Shown one piece after another: positions 58,666 to 64,000 of a DNA stretch of 64,000 nucleotides (position 1 is the first letter of the stretch; every line of letters begins with the position of its first letter). The position numbers and the translations under genes were made by a program. The DNA is taken from the NCBI GenBank assembly GCA_963823345.1, contig CAWGLE010000022.1, positions 227,656 through 291,655 of the forward strand. Direction: 5' to 3'. The notes beneath the pieces were generated by a model, which was not told the origin of the DNA, made no database searches, and saw nothing but the letters and a program-made list of their open reading frames with translations. The stretch is from Candidatus Sulfomarinibacteraceae bacterium (lineage in GTDB: Bacteria > Acidobacteriota > Thermoanaerobaculia > Thermoanaerobaculales > Sulfomarinibacteraceae).

Positions 58666-59931
58666 ATGATTCGCAGGATCCTGCTAGCCGACGACAGCCT
58701 GACGATCCAGAAGGTTGTCGAGCTGACATTCGCCGACACCGACTTCGAAGTGCATGCGGTGTCGAGCGGCGACGAGTTGATCGCGAGGCTCCCCGAGGTC
58801 CGACCGGACATCGTGATCTGCGACATCATCATGCCTGGACGAGACGGGTACGACGTGTGCCAGTCGATCAAGTCGAACTCCGAAACTCTGCACCTGCCGG
58901 TGGTGCTGTTGACCGGCACCTTCGAACCGTTCGATCGCGACCGCGCGTTGGCCGTGGGTTGTTCCGAAATCATCACCAAACCGTTCGAGGCGAAGAGGCT
59001 CGTCGAGGCCGTCGAGAAATTGACCTCCGGAGCCGGGGCATCGCACCAGCCGACCTCATCCCTTCGCGAGCCCGATCCGTTCGACGATGGGCGCGTGACG
59101 CCGCCGCCGCCGATCACCGCTCCCGATGTGCTGTTTGACGTCGAGGCCGATTATGACCTGGCGGACACGGCGATCACCGCGGAAGCCGACGACAGCGGGC
59201 CGGTGGCCGAGACGGTCGACGACGGGCTCGAGTTCACTGAGAGCGGATTCTCCGAAATGTTGATCGCCGGACGGGAGCGGGCGGAGAAGGCCCTCGACCC
59301 ACCGACCGACGGGCTCGAGTTCGACCTCGACGCAAACGCCGGCGAACCGTTCGAGCCGGCAGCCGCCTCGATGCTCGACACTTCGGATTTCCGCAGCGAG
59401 GACATCGCCGACGACGAGCCTGCCAGCGCCGCCGATGACGGTCCTTTCTCGACTCCGCCGATAGAGCCGATAGAGGAGCGCGGGATGTGGGAGGACGCCG
59501 TTGAAGCCGAACCCTTCCCCACCGCAGACGAGGAACCTGTTTTCGACGAGCCGGCCCCGGCGACCGACCTCGACCGCAACCTGACCACGCCGATCAACGT
59601 GGCCAGGGTCATGGGGGGCACCGGGCAGGCGCCGCCGGCCGGCAGCGAGTCTCCCACCGCCCCCTTCGTCGAAGAAGAGGTCGATTTCTCCAACGCCGAT
59701 ACCCAGGACTTCGGCAGTCCGCCCGAACCGTTGCCGATGGCGCCGGAGCCCGTCGACGTCGTATCGGGGTTGTCGGATGAAGATGTCGACCGGATCGCCC
59801 GCCGTCTCCTGGAGCTGTCAGGTGATCGGATCGATCGGATCGCCTGGGAAGTGGTCCCGGACATGGCCGAGATCGTCGTTCGTGAACGGGTGCGGGAGAT
59901 CGAGGCCGAGATCGAGCGGGACCGGTCGTAA
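58666..59931 (+). CDS. CheY-like receiver protein with a long acidic low-complexity region and a conserved helical C-terminus
   Basis: MIRRILLADDSLTIQK...ICDIIMPGRDGY...ITKPF receiver, about 250 aa of D/E/P-rich sequence, then SDEDVDRIARRLLELSGDRIDRIAWEVVPDMAEIVVRERV. Confidence 0.75.
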   Translation: MIRRILLADDSLTIQKVVELTFADTDFEVHAVSSGDELIARLPEVRPDIVICDIIMPGRDGYDVCQSIKSNSETLHLPVVLLTGTFEPFDRDRALAVGCSEIITKPFEAKRLVEAVEKLTSGAGASHQPTSSLREPDPFDDGRVTPPPPITAPDVLFDVEADYDLADTAITAEADDSGPVAETVDDGLEFTESGFSEMLIAGRERAEKALDPPTDGLEFDLDANAGEPFEPAAASMLDTSDFRSEDIADDEPASAADDGPFSTPPIEPIEERGMWEDAVEAEPFPTADEEPVFDEPAPATDLDRNLTTPINVARVMGGTGQAPPAGSESPTAPFVEEEVDFSNADTQDFGSPPEPLPMAPEPVDVVSGLSDEDVDRIARRLLELSGDRIDRIAWEVVPDMAEIVVRERVREIEAEIERDRS

Positions 59932-60002
59932 CATCATCCATCCGACAACGAATTGGCGAGGCCGTTGTATCCTAGGCCGGCGACCCGGCTCAAACACACT
60001 CG

Positions 60003-60803
60003 ATGGGTCATGCTTGTGGGGGAGATTTGAGAGAACGTCTCGATAGGCTCACCGGACTGCTTTCCGATCAGGTGGAGAACCTGGTGCTCCTCGATGTCGT
60101 CGACTCGACCCATGCGATGGCTCGACGGTTGATCGCCGGCATGGATGAGGAGGAGCTGGCGCTCGGCGCGACCGTGATCATCGCCGACCAGCAGGAGAAG
60201 GGTGAGGGCCGGGGTGACCGCCGGTGGGTCTCTCCGGCCGGCGGTCTCTACGTCAGTTGGATGCGGTCCGGCATCGACTCCGACACCATTTCCCGCCTGC
60301 CGATGCTGGCCGCAGCGGCGGCCCTGTCCGCAGTCGACTCGGTCGGCATTGCCGACGCGCGCATCAAGTGGCCCAACGACATCCTGGTCGGGGGCAGGAA
60401 ACTTGCCGGCATCGTGGTGTTTGCCCGCCACGGTGAGACCAACTGGGCCACCGTCGGGCTCGGCATCAACATCGACACGACCCCCGTACTCGATAGCCAG
60501 AACGGGGTCCAGACGACGTCGGTGATCGAGATACTCAAGGCCGGCGATCCCGACCGCATGCGGGACACCCTGATCACGGGCTTTCTCGGCGGTCTGTCCC
60601 GGTCGCTCACCGACCCGGCTCCGGCCATGGCCGCCTGGCGCCGCCACCTCATCCAGAAGCCCGGAGACACCGTACGGGTGCGGCTCGCCTCCGCCAAGGA
60701 GGTCTCGGGGACCCTGGTTGCGGTCACTGAAGAGGGTTTTCTGCGCATCGGAGTCAACGGCGATGAGCAGGTCATCAGCGGCGGCGACCTCATCGAGAGC
60801 TGA
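60003..60803 (+). CDS. birA: biotin--[acetyl-CoA-carboxylase] ligase (class I, no HTH)
   Basis: GRGDRRWVSPAGGLYVS biotin-binding loop and KWPNDILVGGRKLAGI. Confidence 0.85.
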   Translation: MGHACGGDLRERLDRLTGLLSDQVENLVLLDVVDSTHAMARRLIAGMDEEELALGATVIIADQQEKGEGRGDRRWVSPAGGLYVSWMRSGIDSDTISRLPMLAAAAALSAVDSVGIADARIKWPNDILVGGRKLAGIVVFARHGETNWATVGLGINIDTTPVLDSQNGVQTTSVIEILKAGDPDRMRDTLITGFLGGLSRSLTDPAPAMAAWRRHLIQKPGDTVRVRLASAKEVSGTLVAVTEEGFLRIGVNGDEQVISGGDLIES

Positions 60804-61171
60804 AAACCCTGGTTCATCCGAACTTGCATGAGGTCGAGAATTTGGCGGATGAGACCTGAATGATCACGCCGCAGCACCCAGCCCGTCCGACCGCTGTCGC
60901 CGGAACCCGCCGCTGATGCTGTACCTGTACCTGGCCCTGTCTTCAGTCGCTGCCCCGGTTCGTGGCGCTGGTGGCTATTCTCCTGACCTCAAACCCGTTC
61001 GGCGCACATCACCCTGAATCAGGGACGACCAAAAAACTGCGCCTTCCTCCATCGCGCGGCGCTGCCGGAGCGGTGCGCTCACCGGTATCGATACTGAAGG
61101 TGGGCCAAGGCCCACCCTACTTCGAACCCACCTTCCGGACCGACTGGTCCCCTGCTCCCCGGATCCTCTGC

Positions 61172-62944
61172 TCAGGAAACGTCCTGCAACCGTTTGAGGA
61201 ACCGCTGTGGAGGCTCGAAACCGGTGATGCGAAAGACCTCTTCGCCGCCGCTGAAAACGATGACGGTCGGGACCCCCACGACCCGGTGTTCAGCAGTCAG
61301 GTCCTGATTCGATTCGGAGCTGCGGGTCAGGTCGACCTTGAATCGCCGGTATCCCGCAAGCCTCTCTTTCACCGCCTCGTCGGCAAAGGTCTTCTCGTCC
61401 AACTCGCGGCACGGCGCACACCAGTCGGCGTAGAAGTCGATGATCACCGGAACGCCGCTCTCGATTGCCGCGTGCGCTGCCGCCGCGTCGTACGGCAGCC
61501 ACTCGAGATGTCCGCCACCGGCCTCTCCCGAAACCTCCTGCGGCCGCAGACCGGGCGCCATCAACACCCCCGCCACCAGCATTACCGCTGACAGCACCCT
61601 CATAACGCGATCGATGGTCGGCTGTTCGTGGCCCGTCCGATCGACAACCAGGAGATAGAGGGCTCCCAGAACCAGGGCGCCGGCCATCAACCACCGACCC
61701 GAGTCCCCCGGCATCAACGGCGCCGCAAAATACGCAGCCATGGCGATGAGGATGACTCCGAAGACCCGCCGCACCCCGATCATCCACATTCCCGAAGCCG
61801 GGAGGCGGTTGACGGCTCCGGTGAAGGTGCCGAGGATCAGGTACGGCACGCCGAGCCCGATCGCCAGGGTGAAGAACAGGAGAAAACCGAGGAACGGATC
61901 GCCCTTCTGGCCGACATAGGTCAAGAGCCCGACGACAAATGGACCGATACACGGCGCCGCCACGAAACCCATCACGAGCCCCATGATCAGGGCGCCGAAG
62001 ACGCCGCTCCTGCCACCCGACACGCGCTGCGCCCACGTCGGCACCCTCAACTCCCACAGCCCGAACATCGATGTCGCGAGGGACAACAGGACGACAACGA
62101 TCAGGCCGACCACCCACGGGCTCTGAAGGGCGCTGCCGAAGATCGCGCCGCTCAGCGCGGCGAGCACTCCCAGCACCGAATACGTTACCGCGATCCCCAG
62201 CACGTAGGCCAGGGCCAGCGGAAAGGCGCTGCCCGCCCGGTCCTTGGTCTGCTGGGTGAAATACCCCACCGTGATGGGGATCAGGGGAAAGACGCACGGC
62301 GTCAGATTGAGGGCCAGCCCGGCAAAGAAGACACCGAGGAGGAGCAGCGGCAGCGACTTCGAGGCGAGATCGGATCCACCGCCCTCTCTCGGGGCCTCGG
62401 ATGACCCTTTCACCAACCGATCGAAGAATTCACCGTTGATGGGTCGCGACGAACTGCCGGCCGCGGCAATCGTGACGTCGACTCCGGTGCGCACGGTTTC
62501 CGGCGGCAGGCACTGGGTGTTGTTGCACGCCTGGGCTGTGACCGAGACCCTCAATCGGAGGTCCCCAACCGCCGATTCCGGAACTGCCAGACTGGCGATG
62601 ATGACCGCCGTGTCGTCCCACACCATGATCGGCGTTTCGGAGAACTCGAACGTGAGAGCTTCGCCGTCCGGGAAACTGACGACCGGATCCATCCAGCCGT
62701 CCGGCAACTCGAACTCGATCGTCGTGGGCCACGAAAACTCGTCTCCGGGGTCGTCGGTGTTGACGTGCCAGCCGGGTTCGACCGAGATCATGGCCGCAAG
62801 GCGCAAGTCCCCCCCCGCAACCACCGGCGAGCGATCCGCCGCCAGATCGACCGTGAAAACCGGCTCCGCATCCAGCCCCTGGGCGAAACAGGAAGCCGCC
62901 CCACACCACATGACAGCGGCCGCAAACGTGATCAATCGTCTCAT
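61172..62944 (-). CDS. dsbD: thiol:disulfide interchange protein DsbD
   Basis: Start MRRLITFAAAVMW (ATGA overlap with the trmD stop). N-terminal DsbD-alpha, CcdA-type TM core, C-terminal thioredoxin WCAPC. Confidence 0.9.
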   Translation of the reverse strand: MRRLITFAAAVMWCGAASCFAQGLDAEPVFTVDLAADRSPVVAGGDLRLAAMISVEPGWHVNTDDPGDEFSWPTTIEFELPDGWMDPVVSFPDGEALTFEFSETPIMVWDDTAVIIASLAVPESAVGDLRLRVSVTAQACNNTQCLPPETVRTGVDVTIAAAGSSSRPINGEFFDRLVKGSSEAPREGGGSDLASKSLPLLLLGVFFAGLALNLTPCVFPLIPITVGYFTQQTKDRAGSAFPLALAYVLGIAVTYSVLGVLAALSGAIFGSALQSPWVVGLIVVVLLSLATSMFGLWELRVPTWAQRVSGGRSGVFGALIMGLVMGFVAAPCIGPFVVGLLTYVGQKGDPFLGFLLFFTLAIGLGVPYLILGTFTGAVNRLPASGMWMIGVRRVFGVILIAMAAYFAAPLMPGDSGRWLMAGALVLGALYLLVVDRTGHEQPTIDRVMRVLSAVMLVAGVLMAPGLRPQEVSGEAGGGHLEWLPYDAAAAHAAIESGVPVIIDFYADWCAPCRELDEKTFADEAVKERLAGYRRFKVDLTRSSESNQDLTAEHRVVGVPTVIVFSGGEEVFRITGFEPPQRFLKRLQDVS

Positions 62945-63741
62945 CGTCGTCCTTCTTCCCGGGCAGGGAATTCCTCCGTTTCGCAGTCGGCGTCGGATTT
63001 CGCAGCCAGTTCCGGCGCGAGGTCCGACACCAACCGCCGAACCTCGTCGGAGTAACCCCTCCAGTTTCTGTTGACCAGGTCGGGGCGTCTGGTTACCGTC
63101 GCCGCGACGGCAGCCTCCAAGCGCCACCGGCGAATCGCCTCGTGGTTGCCGGAGAGTAGCACCTCCGGTACCGGCCGCCCTTCAACCTCCGGCGGTCTGG
63201 TGTAGCTCGGATGATCGAGCAGGCCGCGTTCGAAGCTGTCGGCGGCCACCGACTGCGGGTCACCGACCACCCCCGGCACCAGCCGGGCCACGACCTCGAT
63301 CACCGCCATCGCCGCGACCTCGCCGCCGCCGAGGATGAAGTCGCCCAGCGACACCTCTTCGACACGCGAGATCTCGAACACCCGTTCATCGAAACCCTCG
63401 TAGCGGCCGCACAACATGATGAGTCTCTTCTCACCCGCGAGTTCTTCCGCAAAAGCCTGATCCAGGACCCGGCCTCGCGGACCGAGGGCGATCATCCGCG
63501 CAGGCTCTCCCCTCGACCCGACCTCACGCAGGGCCTCGAGGACCGGCGGCGCCTGCAGCACCATGCCGGCGCCCCCACCGTAAGGCTCGTCGTCGAGCTG
63601 TTTCCACTTGTTGTCGGCCCACTCCCGCAGATCGTGCGCCTCGACGGCGACCACGCCGCGCTCGATCGCCTTGCCGAGCACGCCGGTGGTCCGGAACGCT
63701 TCGAACAAACGGGGGAAGATGGTCAAAACATCAAAGTGCAC
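62941..63741 (-). CDS. trmD: tRNA (guanine37-N1)-methyltransferase
   Basis: GTG start. HFDVLTIFPRLFEAF, YGGGAGMV, LLSGNHEAIRRWR. Confidence 0.9.
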   Translation of the reverse strand: MHFDVLTIFPRLFEAFRTTGVLGKAIERGVVAVEAHDLREWADNKWKQLDDEPYGGGAGMVLQAPPVLEALREVGSRGEPARMIALGPRGRVLDQAFAEELAGEKRLIMLCGRYEGFDERVFEISRVEEVSLGDFILGGGEVAAMAVIEVVARLVPGVVGDPQSVAADSFERGLLDHPSYTRPPEVEGRPVPEVLLSGNHEAIRRWRLEAAVAATVTRRPDLVNRNWRGYSDEVRRLVSDLAPELAAKSDADCETEEFPAREEGRR

Positions 63742-63790
63742 AATCAGTCGTCCTCATTCATCGCGACGGTTCAGCGGAGGGCGCGCGCCC

Positions 63791-63838
63791 TTCAACGATT
63801 CAACGTTCCAACGTTTCAACGTTCTAACGTTCTATCGA
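63791..63838. repeat. six tandem octamers (TTCAACGT-type)
   Basis: ttcaacga ttcaacgt tccaacgt ttcaacgt tctaacgt tctatcga, between rimM and trmD. Confidence 0.9.
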
Positions 63839-63839
63839 C

Positions 63840-64000
63840 TTATCGTGCTTCGATGGCGTCGTCGTCGAGCAGCCCGCGCGGCGCGTCGATCACCACGAAC
63901 CCGCCCTCGAGGTTCACCTCAGTGACGATTTCCGGCACATAGGGAACCAGCCGTTCGCGGTCCCCGGTCCGAACTACGAGCCGCGACTGCCCTTCGCCGG
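63840..64000 (-). CDS. rimM: 16S rRNA processing protein RimM, C-terminal part (5' end outside window)
   Basis: The minus-strand read ends ...RERLVPYVPEIVTEVNLEGGFVVIDAPRGLLDDDAIEAR* (TAA at 63840-63842). PRC-barrel-like sequence in the conserved position upstream of trmD. Confidence 0.65.
   Translation of the reverse strand, partial: GEGQSRLVVRTGDRERLVPYVPEIVTEVNLEGGFVVIDAPRGLLDDDAIEAR

Overview
GC-rich chromosomal segment from a diderm bacterium (TonB receptor, RND efflux, KdsC, LolB-like lipoprotein, DsbD). The phylum cannot be fixed from this window. It is mostly housekeeping genes. In order: a radical-SAM fragment, aspA, polA, a cobalamin riboswitch with a btuB-like receptor, plsC, metG, kdsC-thyA-folA, an ExeM/NucH-type secreted nuclease, leuS and a GT39-like transferase. 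Next comes a Cpx/Bae-like two-component pair with a divergent Spy/CpxP-like gene and an RND-MFP-RND operon. Then a DUF5916-like gene, hbd, tsaC, GT4, a DegT-like aminotransferase, ugd, mtaD and usp. The conserved string ispE-spoVG-tRNA-Gln-prs-ctc-pth follows, then a DEAD-box helicase, queG, infC, nhaC, recO, birA, dsbD, trmD and a rimM fragment. I see no transposase, integrase, phage gene, CRISPR-Cas or recognisable defence gene, and no convincing novel multi-gene protein system. The unusual content is mostly non-coding. (1) A dispersed family of AT-rich tandem arrays with a strict 7- or 8-nt period, flanked by CCCACCC/GGGTGGG tracts, sits at about a dozen intergenic sites. (2) A roughly 250-nt composite element occurs in three copies. 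It combines an array, a conserved 20-nt box (CCGCGYRCGGCGGMGGTGCC) and a long hairpin with some compensatory changes, and is the best candidate here for an undescribed structured RNA or MITE-like element. (3) Several long perfect palindromes occur. (4) Seven reading-frame breaks fall in conserved genes, including leuS, and most likely reflect indel errors. (5) A secreted Cys-periodic Ala-rich repeat protein has no function I can assign. All family assignments rest on motifs read by eye; no searches were run.
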